From Vermamoeba vermiformis (Eukaryota): a stretch of DNA of 64,000 bases. Below, piece after piece: positions 40,041 through 52,442 of the stretch; within the stretch, counting starts at the first letter, position 1, and each line of letters opens with the position of its first letter. The stretch spans positions 62,001-126,000 of the forward strand of contig JBEWZL010000066.1 in assembly GCA_045837725.1 (NCBI GenBank). Direction: 5' to 3'. Below the pieces are notes generated by a model that searched no databases, was not told the DNA's origin, and saw only the letters and a program-made list of their open reading frames with translations. The translations under genes and the position numbers were made by a program.

Positions 40041-40279
40041 TATGTATAATTAAAATAAAATATATACAAATAATCACTTATGTGTAAGTTGTTGATGGAA
40101 TGAAAAAATAAAAAAAACGAAAACGCGAAGAACAGTTTTGTCTTTTAGCCCTGGTGGATCGAAACACGAAACGAACCAAAAAACGGATTTTTCAGCAACT
40201 ACTATGAACATACAACGAGTAAGGGTATGTACCAATGCCAGGATACAAGCGCGATTTTAGGTCTGTCCGTCGTATGACC

Positions 40280-41430
40280 AAAAGCTTTATTTACAGGGGT
40301 CGAAACAATGCGCCTGACGATAAATTTACATGGTTTTCACGTTATTTTCTATATTTCCGCCATGTGTTCCTCATTCGCATAGCTAACTGCAGATCTATTT
40401 TCAGTAATTAGCAACAAAGCCCAAAAAATTCAAATCAGCAACAAACGGTACTAATATACTAATATATGATATTCAGTAATTACCTCGAGGAGTTAGCGTT
40501 ACTCTTTTGCTAAAAATTGCAGCTAAATTGGCGTCTTCAAATAATCCAATTAACCAAGCCTCTGAAGCCTCTGTAAATAGTATTAATACAATATGTGCCG
40601 CAATATAATAGATGAGATAAAGAAAATGATTACCATGCAAGGCTTGTATTGCGGAGGATTGGAACCTCAGATCCGTTTTAAATTCTTGCGCTAATTCTCG
40701 AATTAGCCTCTGGAATGGCAATTTTCTTATCAACGGTTCAGTTGATTGTTGATATTTCCTAATCTCTCGCAGCGCAACTGTGCCTGGTTTGAAGCGGTGA
40801 GGTTTTCTGATTCCAACATCTGGTTGAGCTTTATCTTCCGTTTCCTTAGAACTTTTAGCAGCCACTGTCTTACGAGGAGCCACACCTCCTGTTGATATTC
40901 GCGATGTTTGTACCATTCTCGGAGCATTTATGGTCATTTCTAAATAAAGAAATAAAGTTACTCGAGCAAATCTACGGAGACAGTTAATTTTGTGGTGATC
41001 TTACCTCCCATTCTGTTTTCTATATTATCTTATCATCTTCCTCATCTTCTTCGTCTTCTTCATCGTCAAAATCACCTTCTAAAAGAGAATGTTCGTTACG
41101 ATCTTGATCGACACTTCAACAAAGACAAACGTACCTTCGAGGTCAACTTCAACAGTATCTTCTTCATCTTCACTAAATTGGTCTGGCTCTGATCGGAAGG
41201 AATAAATACAAACAATTTTGATATTTTAATGTAATTCGTTTTGTTTTACAAAGCCAAAAAAATCCAATCGACACAAATAAAATGAAATCGAGTATTTTGA
41301 AGTTATAAAGGCACAAAGTAACCATAGGTAATAAAGTAAGATTTATTGGAAATTGTAATTTAATTCAGATCGAAGATTCTTTGCTTACCTTGCTCTTCAT
41401 CAGGAGTCATCTCGTTTCTGACATTATTGT
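40280..41430. repeat. Left arm of a 1.15-kb inverted duplication (partner about 44990-46160)
   Basis: tttatttacaggggtcgaaacaatgcgc (40286-40313) is the reverse complement of 46124-46151; exons and introns are collinear. Confidence 0.92.
40342..41424 (-). CDS. Divergent histone H3 variant, copy A, with acidic upstream exons (1-nt deletions near 41031 and 41415)
   Basis: [34 protein letters not shown]...[38 protein letters not shown]. Confidence 0.88.
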
Positions 41431-41898
41431 TATTATTCCCAACCTTGTTTTGGGAGAAATCGAGCAGTTGTTGTGCTGCAGCAAAAGTAGCTTGATCAAC
41501 TTCAGCGTTCTCCATTCGCTAATAAGATTATTATAATAATAAGTTAACTTAGGTGTTGTCAACGATTGTCTTGTGCTAAACGTTAAGCAGATAAAGAACA
41601 TATTTCTGTCTGCACGTGTACAGATTGTTTGACACTTGTCACTTTCCTCGATCGGACTGGATGTGTACTTTGTTCTCCGCGAAACTTGAGCGATGCGAAA
41701 GAATTGATGCTTATGACGTACATGTAGTAATGCAAAATTGACTGTGGCAGCATAACTTAAGCCGATGAAATGATCCAGTTGACGACCATAACACGTTTTT
41801 CTGGCTTTTCGTAGTTTTTGCCAGTGATTAAAACCGCAAAAAATTAAATATCTTCTAACAAACATTGTTAGAACCACAAGTGATCGCTTAGCAAGGAC

Positions 41899-44652
41899 AT
41901 GATGGAAAAAAAGGTAGATCTTTAATGGCGCCGCGCTCTCAGATTATTATCTAAAGTGCTAAAATATACTCAATTATAATACTATAGGCTCGAGGACTGT
42001 TTAAGAAATTTGTGCCACGTTGGGATCGTCCGATCAAATGGATTAAAAACAACGATCACACTCTGAGCGCTCAATTAGATATAGGTTCCATCGAAAGAAG
42101 GTCTAAAAAATCAGTAGATAATTATCAAGAAATTACAGCGAATATTGGGGCATCTGAAAAAATACAAGATGCGATCCAATCCGATCGCGAACCAGAACGA
42201 CAGCGGAAAAATGAGAAGGATGTAAATAATAATATTCAAAAAATCGAGTAACACCAAGACTGCAATTTCTGGTGGAAAACGAAAAAGAGAAGAAGCAGAT
42301 CCGCTCGATGAACAAATGTCGAAAAAACCTCGCATAGATATTGAACCTAAACCAAATAATAATATGGATATAGTAGAAAACAACGGTGAAGATCTTTCTA
42401 AAAAGAAGAAGCGCAATAAACGAAGAAAGAAAAAGAATCCCAACGCAGACCAACCCACATCCGAAACAAAAGAAGACGAGAATGAAGAAAATAACGAAGA
42501 AAATAATACTAATGATAACGAAGATAAAGAAACGGAATATTTGATAGTCGATGAAGACTACGCTGTAGATCCAAACGCTGAAGAAGAGCTGCCGACGAGC
42601 AAAGAAGGAATTAAAGCATTTGATTTGATCCAACAAGCGAAAAAAGAAGAAAATGTCATGAAATATAACAAATTAATATCGATGGTGCGTACAATTAGCG
42701 CCCCTTATTTTTGCGAATAATTTTATTTATTTAAAAATTTCGAAACTAAAATTCATCTCTTTAGTTTGGTACCAAAAAACAGTTAGGCTGGGCCTTGAAA
42801 ACATATCAAGCATTACTACAGCAAAAAATCAAGCCCACCGTATTCACATACACAAATTTAATCAACGCGTGCGTTAGATGCGGCGAGACCGAAGAGGCTC
42901 AAAAATTCTTGACAAAAATGCAGGCCAATAAAATCAAAGCCAACGAGGTAATTTAACAAGATATATTAAAATAGGTGCTTATATATAATCTACTATAGGT
43001 TACGTATACTGCGTTAATTAAAGGGTTGTGCCAAGACGGTCAAATTGACGAAGGAATTTCAAAGCTAGAAGACATCAAGAAATACAAAATCAAAGCTAAT
43101 ATTAGAACTTACAACACTATTTTAAGAGGTTGTTTGAGATGTGGAGATCTCGAGAATGCTAAGCGAATGTACGTACAATCAAAAGATGATGACATTTTTG
43201 ACACGTGAAAAAAATCGAACGACACGTGACAATTCAATTACGTAAAATCTTCACGTGCTATAATACAATATTACCAAATTCGATTAACCCACGTGCTTGT
43301 GACTCAAACTCTAATTTGACACGTGTCATGTAACGAATGTCAAAAATTGGATCTAACCGTTGTTTAGTTTTGAACGCATGAAGAGCGAGAAAATCAATCC
43401 AGATGTCAGTGCATATGAATATCTTATAAAAACTTATTGTCAATTCTTGCAAACCGATGAAGCGTGGAACTTGATTGAAGAAATGGAGCAGCGGTGAGTC
43501 TCGATGTTACGCACACTCTGCTGAACCTAACAATTTCCTTTTTAGGAAGTTGGAACCGTCTCCACCATCGTACTCGGCAATCGCTACTAGTGCCGCGCTG
43601 AAAGGAGACCAAGGCACGGCTATTAAGGCCATTCAAAAGGCCAAAGAGACCATCAACGCAGCGATTGAAAAAGCGAACTCTTTGCAAGGAAAAGTTAAAA
43701 ATTCCGTGCCTTTGTTCTTGAAAATGCGAAACGAAGAAGTCGAACGGGAATGCAATAGAGTCGAAGCATATTTGAACAAAGTTATAGGTACGTAAAAAAA
43801 ATTAATTTTTTTTTTCACGGATCTGATCCAAGATATTTTTTTCAAAGTTCCTCCTCCATACACTTTCCCAGATAATATGGTCGCTTTTTTGCCGCAAAAA
43901 CCTGTCCCGTCAATGATCTCTTTCCCAAGCTGTTTCCCACGAAACCAACCAATCAAAATTGAGATCTGTTCTGGTCACGGTGATTGGATCGTTGAACGTG
44001 CCAAAAATGACCCGAATTCTAATTGGGTCGGATTAGAGATCCGTCATGAACGTGTTTACCAAATATGGTCAAAAATGCGTTTTGAACAGCTCGATAATCT
44101 CATGATCATTGTACGTTACTATTTCCTTATTTTGTAATTCGATCCTAATATAGTAATTTATTAGGGTGGTGAAGCATATGCAACGTTCAAATCGTGCATT
44201 CCTGATGCGTGTCTGGAAGAAGCGTATGTCAATTATCCAGATCCACCTGTTTGGGAGCACAGCAAACAACGACTACTAAACGCACAATTTTTAACCCAAG
44301 TAAGTCATATACAATTATGTTAGTATATTTAGTGCAGGATTTAACCGATCTGGTTTCAGATCAATCGAGCGTTGAAACCGGATGCAGCTCTCGTGGTCGT
44401 TACCGACGATGAAGGCTATGGAAAATCAGTCATAAAAGAATTTGAAGGACTGACTGATATGTAAGCATTAGCACCGTACGATTATCGTCCTAGTATAGCT
44501 TATTATTTTCCGAATTTAGATTTGAATCTGCGTTTGGATCCGAGAAGTGTTTGAACAAAGTGCCGAATGGCTACGGCAGCTCTTATTTTGATCGATTTTG
44601 GACCAATGGGAAGAAGACGAAGCGCTGGTTCATGAAATACGTCAAACTGTAG
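41899..44652 (+). CDS. PPR protein with C-terminal tRNA m7G46 methyltransferase (TrmB-like) domain, PPR-TGM type; apparent extra A at 42238-42243
   Basis: PPR motifs PTVFTYTNLINAC, NEVTYTALIKGLC, NIRTYNTILRGC; TrmB motifs IEICSGHG, WVGLEIR, VNYPDP, VVTD. Confidence 0.9.
43193..43330. repeat. Intronic cluster of CACGTG/TGACACGTGTCA motifs
   Basis: Five CACGTG cores within one intron; perfect TGACACGTGTCA at 43317-43328. Confidence 0.75.
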
Positions 44653-44989
44653 TAAAATGGTCTCTTTCGGATGTTCACTGTTGTCAATCAATTCAAGCAA
44701 TTCTGAACACTTCCCGGGTTCTTTCGCATCCGCCGAACTTTCGAACATATGATTATGCGTGAAAGGGACTAATGAAGCAGAAATTTATGAGAACAAGCAA
44801 AGTACACATCCAGTCCCATCTGAAAGTGACAAGTGTCAAAAACAATCAGAATGTAGACAGGAGTATGATCTTTAGCAAGACAATTGCTTGCAACACCTAA
44901 GTTTAATTCTTTATTCTTAATCTTGTTAGCGAATGGAGAACGCGCTAGCTGCATGGCGTGCCGCGCAGCAACTGCTCGATTTCTCGCAA

Positions 44990-46160
44990 AACAATGTCCG
45001 AAAAAATAACAGCAATATCAAAACCGAGAATACTACCGATGAAAAGCCAGGTGAGCAAAAAATCTTGATCTAAATTAGATTCTAAATCATTAAAATTTCC
45101 ACTAAATCTTAACTTTATTACCCACGATTACTTTGTGCCTTGATCTATCGAAAACACTCGATTTCATTTAATTTGTGTCGATTTGATTTTTTTGGCTGTT
45201 GTTTTGTAAAACGAATTACGTTTAAGCTGTTTGTATTTATTCCTTCCGATCAGAGCCAGACCAATTTAGTGAATTTCAAGAAGATGAAGAAGATACTGTT
45301 GAAGTTGATCTCGAAGGTACGTTTGTACTTGTTGAAGTGTCGATCTCGATCTTAACGGACGTTCTTCTCTTTTAAAAGGTGATTTTGACGACGAAGAAGA
45401 CGAGGAGGATGATGAAGATAATATAGATAGTATAATGGGAGGTAAGATCACACAAAATCAACTGCTTTTGTGGATTTGCTTGAATGACTTTATTTCTTTA
45501 TTTAGAAATGACTGTAAGTGCCCCGATATTAAAGCGAATATCAACAGGAGGTGTAACGTTGTGTGGCTCCTCGTAAGATAGTGCGCATCAATAGACCTAA
45601 GGAAACGGAAGCTGAAGCTCAACCGGATGTTGGAACCAGAAAACCTCACCGCTTCAAACCAGGCACAGTTGCGCTGCGAGTGATTAGGAGATATCAACAA
45701 TCTGCTGAACCGTTGATAGAAACAAAGCCATTCCGGATGTTAGTTGACGAAATAGTGGATGAATTAAAAACGGATCTGACGCTCGAACCCGCCGCGGTAC
45801 AAGCCTTGCAAGGTAATCATTTTCTTCGTTTTCTCTGTTACATTACAGCATAGAATTGTATTAATACTATTTAAAGATGCTTCAGAGGCTTGGTTAATTG
45901 GATTATTTGAAGACGCCAATGTAGCTGCGATTTTTAGGAAAAGTCCATCGATGAGTCCTCGAGGTAATTAATACAACGCATATCGTATATTATTGGTATC
46001 GTTTGTTTCTGATTTGAATTTTTTGGGCTTTTTTGCTAATTACTGACACTAGATCTTAAATTGTCTATGCGAATGAGGAACACTTGGTGGCAAAGCAGAA
46101 AATAGCCATTTATAATGTAACAAGCGCATTGTTTCGACCCCTGTAAATAAATATTTTTTG
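44990..46160. repeat. Right arm of the inverted duplication
   Basis: Reverse-complement match to about 40280-41430, including introns and 3' flank. Confidence 0.92.
44994..46105 (+). pseudogene. Divergent histone H3 variant, copy B, frameshifted by a 10-bp insertion
   Basis: [21 protein letters not shown]; insertion at 45555-45564 relative to copy A; many histone-fold substitutions (KRVT to KSPS). Confidence 0.75.
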
Positions 46161-46394
46161 ATCGGACGGCAACCATTTCTTACAAACATGAAATTTAGTA
46201 TTAAATGCGAATGAGAAAATACGTCGCTTCCAGCTGTATTTTTTAGCCTGTAATAATGTGAGCTGATTCGTTGACAAGAAATTCGGATTAATAGCTATAT
46301 TTAATATGCGGAGCGCTTATATTTAACAGAAGTTTAAACCTGTTCGAATCGGCCTAACAGATCCGGCTCTCCAAGTAAAGGCTTGTTTAGTTCT

Positions 46395-48867
46395 TCATCC
46401 CCAACTGTTCTTTTTGCCCTTAACTTCAGTTTTTAAGTTATTTTTTCCTGCTACCAAGTAAACCAGGGCCGATACAAGATTGTACGCGGAATCATTGGAA
46501 CTGGCTTGGAAGTAAAAAGAACCTATTGATGTCATTAGTACTAACATAAGACCGTTATAATAATTATTATTGATTAGGGCTTACGATGTCCTAATGAAAT
46601 TTCAAATCCATCGTACGACGGATAATTATTGTGGTCAACGAGGATCTGGTCGTAACGAATGACCTTCACTTTGTCAATATTATACTGAACCTTAATTAAA
46701 CAGACCGTTAGATTATATAATAGTAGTAATAATAATTATGTATAGAAAGCTTACGCCGTGAATTTCGATTGTTTTCAGATCGCGAGCTTTGATCTGGATC
46801 AAAGTTTTATCGGCCTTATTTCTGCTTATTGCGGTTAATTCATAGGGCAGATTTAGCTTTCCAAAGAAATATCGAATAGGCCTCTTATACACATTAGCCA
46901 ACATAATGTCAAGGTATTCGCGTTTCAAACATTTTTGGATCTGCTTTTTGTCCACCCTGTCCAACTCATCCGTAACAATCTTCCAACATTCATTGCTAGA
47001 ATTATCTTTGCATCGACAGGCATGACTTATTAATGCATCGAGATCTTCTTTTTTGTCTAAATCGACCTGCAAAAATTGGATCCAATTAGCACCTTTCGAA
47101 CTAATTTTTTTTTTTCGCGCAATCAAAATTAGCTCTATTGACAATTATATATATATTAATCAGAATATTCTAAAAAATAATTAAGAAATGGTTTAAAATT
47201 GTTAATTAAGTTGTGTACCCTCGCTCCGGCCAAAATCAGTTTTTCAACAATTGTCAACGGTGCGTCGTTTTCGCTGTCTCTTGGCATATTAAAGAATGTA
47301 TCGTAGTATTGATGTTCATATACTTTTTTCAAAGCCAGCTGGCGAAAAAAAGTCAGAAATTGAGTTCCAACAATTTGACGTATTCTGAGTCGATTTATTA
47401 CCTTTAATGGCAATTCTCCGTTGTTGTTTCTTTCATTAACATCGAAATTTCGCGCGATCATTAGTGCAATGACCTCGCTGTAGAATACCGGTGAGGATCT
47501 GCAGGCTTTATGTAAGCAATTATTTCCACGCTCGTCTTTAGTACGTAACGAGATTGGTGAATTCTCGCCAAACTAAAAAAATTGCCAAATTAGGAAATAC
47601 TGTATCTTGTGTTAGATTCACGAACCATTTTCTCGAGAACTTGGATCTGATGCAACGGAGATAAGGCGCCTCTTTTAGTAGCGTTTAATACAGCGTGAAA
47701 TATTGTCTCGCCGTTGCCAATACGAAGATTGGTCAAAAAATCTACGGGAATTAATTCAAGCTGTGAAAAAATTGTTAGACCAAAGATATTTTTTTTAGAC
47801 TTACATTGATATCAAAAATGTACTGGAGCAATGATTTCGTGGCGAATATCAACGCATTAGTATCGTTATATTTAATGGCTGGTATGATATATTCGGGGTA
47901 TTCTTTCGTCGATTCAATGTACGCGTCAAATTGTTTCTTGATCCCGTTGAAAAAATACTTTGCAGCGATTGCTGATATGCCAAATAAGGCATCTGGCGTC
48001 AAATTTTCAAATTCTTCCAGCTTAATCTCCGAATCTATAAAAAAATCTCGTCAGCGTCAATTACATAATATTTCCTAATATGGAAAGTCGGTCGGTTAAG
48101 TTACGAACTTGAATAAACAAATCCCAATAAGTCTTGCATCAATTTTCCGAGCTCTTCAGCACTGATATCAATATCTAATGATATATTTGACTCGCGCGAA
48201 CTCGATTCTTGCATGCCAGAGCTAAACAGACCAGAATAGTACGTCGAAGCTAAAGAAAAGTCAGAAACTAAGGGATTTTAAGTCAAGATTACCTTTCTCC
48301 AATATTATTTGATGCGTTTTAAAATAATATTTCTTGTGTTCGTCCAAAAATATAGTAAAGTCACTCAGATCCGTTGGAGAATTTAATTTCGGTTTAAATT
48401 TTCCAATTCCATTTGTAATAGAGTTAATGGGATTCTTAGATTTAGTTGTTATATGGTTTTTAATGCCCATTAAACCATATTTCTATTGAAACAACGGTTA
48501 GATATAAAAATCAAATCCGGATTTTCAAACTTACCGAAAAAATCTCTTTGAGTTTTTCTAACTGGGCTAAATTCTCGTGTTTTGTAAGTAAAGTGCCATC
48601 GTACAAAATATTAATGAATAATTTAGCCAGTGCTTCGTCGTTCTGCAGTTCTGTAATTATTAAAACATGGTCTTGACGAGCCAAATCCGCACCCGAAGGT
48701 TCAATTTTGTTGCTCATTAGGGCATTATATAATGTTTCGCTCGTACATTTTATGATAATTTTATGGCATTTAATCTTTGCTGCTGAAGGATTGTTGCTCG
48801 TGTGAATGACCAGATCGCAACAATGCTCAGTGTTGAAAAGCGAGCTAAAATCCAGTGAATTTGCCAT
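46395..48867 (-). CDS. Tandem BTB + ankyrin-repeat protein with a possible PH-like C-terminus
   Basis: CDLVI...IKCHKIII; SDFTIF...KTHQIILE; LFSSGMQES; ankyrin motifs GETIFHAV, GNNCLHKAC, DVNERNNNGELPL. Confidence 0.82.
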
Positions 48868-49738
48868 ATTAATATTTACCAATTTTTAAATTAGTTGTCG
48901 CTGGCCCAAGTAACTCAAACGAGCAAATCTGGATTTGAGCGCGGAATGTGTGCTCCAAGCTGAATCAGAATAAGCCACCAACCATTAAAACTGGTACGCG
49001 CTTTTATGGTGCGATCTGCTTTGTGGTGCAGTGCGCGTCAATGTTGGTCAAATAAAATTTTTATTTGATTTAGGCTCTCAAAATAGAACGGAGCATAAGT
49101 ATCGAACGAGATAGGGGTAAATAAGCTAAGAATATAAAAATAATATTTTTGTGGACGGTTAACGCCTGCATTATATATCTTCTACCGCGCCGATTCGCCA
49201 AAGCAGTGGAAAACAATGGGAATGTGAGTGTGTGGGGTGGGTCTGTCTATTTGTGGTGGGACTTACGTCAATGGAGCTCTTTTTGGTTGTTGGCGAGCAA
49301 GGGCCGCGAGAAGGCGAGGAGACTCGATGACGAGCCTTTCAGCACCACCTACCGATGCTATCAGCTGCGTCTTAACTACACGCAATTTATGCGGTAACCA
49401 AGTTTGTTAGAGCTAGGGGATGAGGGTGGTGTTTAGATGTTTTGGGGGGCGGGGGGTTGTCGTCGTCCCCCGCGGATATTTTCTCTATCTAGAGGAAAAA
49501 AAAAAAAATTTTTCAACCGATATCGAATGAATTCCTGATCGGATAAAGATTGCCATGCTGTTGGCTATCAATGGTGTTTATTCTATAAATAGCTCAGTGC
49601 AGGTCTTAAGATGAGTATTCTTATGTGAATTTTAAAGGCTGACTGAATTTGAGCGCGAGGTGATTAGTTAACTTCATCACCGACGGATCCGAAGCTGAAA
49701 AGCTCATATTATAAAGAGTTATAGACATGGCTTCAATA

Positions 49739-51863
49739 TCATGCTCCCCTAGTACGAGTCCTATTGGCCACAACAAATTCTAAGAAAAATACTCTAGTTA
49801 GCTTGATCGGATCGAGTTTTTTGCTACGTACGACAAAGGAAAAATACCTGCCATATGAAAGCATCACTATTAAGGTATATTCTCCTTCCTTAGACGCAGT
49901 AATATCGTATATAGTTGCTCCTGAGAACTTTTTCGCATCCGCGACTTTTTGTAACGGAGCAGATTCACCGTTCATGAAATCAGTCACGTACACCACATTG
50001 TCGTGAATTATGGCTATATAGCCTAGCAAAAAAATCGTCAGTATGCATTCGCTTAGCGCAGAGTAAAGTATCAAAAAATTCAAAAAAATGGATTCGATAA
50101 TGAAGAGAGTTGCTTTACGCATCGATTGATAAAAAAGAATTAAATATCGATATTATTTTGGATTATAAGGCGATATACGAATAAATAAGTGCGCACTCAT
50201 AATTACTTACTGCTTTTAGAAAACCAAGTGATCTTGTCGCCCTTTAAAATTCTGAGAATTGTTCGTTCAGTTACATTCACCACGACGTAACCGCTCTCGT
50301 ATAAGACTATAGCAATCAAATTCGTCTTGCCGTCCCGCGTCAAATTTCTTGCTTCAACTATTACGGGATGATGCACGAAATCGTATCGGTAGTTGTCTGA
50401 AAATATTATTCGATTTTAATATTATTTCCTTATTTGGCAATTATAAAATAAAAATGTCCAGTACTTACGGAATGCATTACGAATTTTGGAAAAATCCATG
50501 TCAGTTTTTTCGATTCCGCCAGTGAGCTTGTGTACCGATATTAACTATAATACGAATAAAATGATTAGCAGGGATCTTATATAATTACAATAAAGCCTAA
50601 TATGGTTTGTTTGCTTTACCTCTTTGTTCGTCAAAACTAACGCTGTTTCGCTCAACTTGTGATAATGAACGTCTTGTACGCCAGCAATTTTATGCACTCG
50701 CGAGCATAGCCTGAATATATTATTATTATTTTAGAATATTTTCGAATCTCTTTATAAACTAGTAATTTACTAGAACCAAAATTTCGAAACGGATCCAATT
50801 TTAAATTCGTACTAAATAAGCAGAAAATAGTTTGTTTTGCATGGTAAGGTTTGAATTACAATTAAAATATGCCTAGTATATTAATCTTACTCTTTGCACG
50901 GCAGCAAATGGTTTGGCGATGATTTCCATTTTTGTTCATTCGCGTGTTTGCACTGGAGCTTCAAGTTGCAAACTGCAACGTACTTTTCCGAGTTGTTATG
51001 CTTAATGGTAGCAATTAATATACTATTTCAACTATATTTTTATTGCAAAAGAGCGATCTGAACGAAACGGATTTGAACCTTAGATTTGGAAAACAAAAAT
51101 TTTGCTTTCTTCGAAGATAATTCCTAATAAAGCATAAATTAAAAGGTACTTACAACTACTACGATATTATCAGATAGACCAACAACCTTATCAAAGAAAG
51201 GAGTAAAGCCGAAGAGCTTGCCAACAACGGATTTCTTTTTTTCGTTCGCGTAAACGATGTAAACTCCGTCAGTGGCTTGGCAAACTTGGCCAGATTCTAT
51301 ATTTAGAATAATATTTTAATAAATATTATTACTTAATTTGGAATTTAAAGCGTACTTGAAGTAACAGATGTAACGGTAGGAATTTCAGTCTGCATGAATT
51401 TAGGCGAATGGAAATATCTATAGTATTAATCGTTAGGACTAATAAGACAATGATAATTTAATTAATTAAGACGTACCTTAGCCATTTCGTAATCGTGTTT
51501 GCGTAATTAAACTAAAATTAAACTTCGTTAAATTCCAGATCCCGCGATATTTAAAGCTTTATATAATTTTTTTAATACGTACCATTACTCGCCAATTTAT
51601 TTTGAGCAAATTCTGTTGAACTTCGTGGACGTAGTCTTCATCTAATTTTCCAAACTGATATTCAACGGCTTTTTTCCAAATACCCCGGGAGTCAATTAAA
51701 TTAAAGAATGTTTTTGAGACTTGAGAAATATTAACCACATCTATTGGCGCCAAATACGAAAATATCAAAAGTGCGCATTCAGGCGGTAGGATCTCGCCAA
51801 AAAAATCGTCTATGGATAGTATTAGCTACTATGAATATATTAGACCTTACATTGGACTTCCAT
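49739..51863 (-). CDS. N-terminal F-box protein with beta-rich C-terminal region; 3' end uncertain
   Basis: ILPPECALLIFSYLAPIDVVNISQVSKTF...IWK; many short exons. Confidence 0.7.
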
Positions 51864-52442
51864 TGTTGCGTGGTGTAGTAATTCAAAAATCTGAAAAAAT
51901 AAAGTTTTATTCTCTTTAAACAACGAAACACCACGGACTAGCATCCATAATTTTATATGCAGCAAGATATTATGGTATAGTATACTATGGAAGTTAGTTC
52001 TATCAGCGCTAATCGACATTCAAATTGTTTTTGATGCGTTTTCTGATCTTCATTTCAATTATAATTATTTCAACGTGTTTAAATATTAATGCAACGCGCC
52101 CCGCATTGCGCTCACAGCGGAATGTTTGTCCGTCTTGCAGGACGGTTAATTTTTATTTTCCAATTTGCAATTTAATGATCCCACTTAACGAAGATGTAAA
52201 GCGGTATATTTTGGCGGTTCTCTTCTATACGTGGTAACAATAATTACAAATTTTAAAATTATTTGAGAATAATTCAAAAATTTACTAACTTAGTTTAACC
52301 AAAGCAGAATTTATCCGTTGACAAGTACAAATTCATTGACATTACAAAATCATTCTTGTCATTCCGTTGTGCAATACAACCATACAAAATATTATAATTT
52401 AATTAATACAGCTGTTTGAGAGCTGTTATTATAGATTTAGAG

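Noticed and set aside
40342-40937. Calling the H3 variant CenH3/CENP-A
   Set aside because: Loop 1 is not extended and Q68/F84 are retained, so the diagnostic features are lacking.
3043-42636. Long antisense ORFs such as 3043-3558, 21627-22184 and 42133-42636
   Set aside because: Shadows of real exons on the opposite strand with no recognisable motifs.
41899-44652. PPR + TrmB fusion as a new architecture
   Set aside because: PPR-TGM proteins are already described in Dictyostelium and other protists.
49255-49345. RNase MRP-like CAATGGAGCT and hammerhead-like words
   Set aside because: No upstream GAAAGTCC-type P4 partner and no intact CTGANGA...GAAA core.
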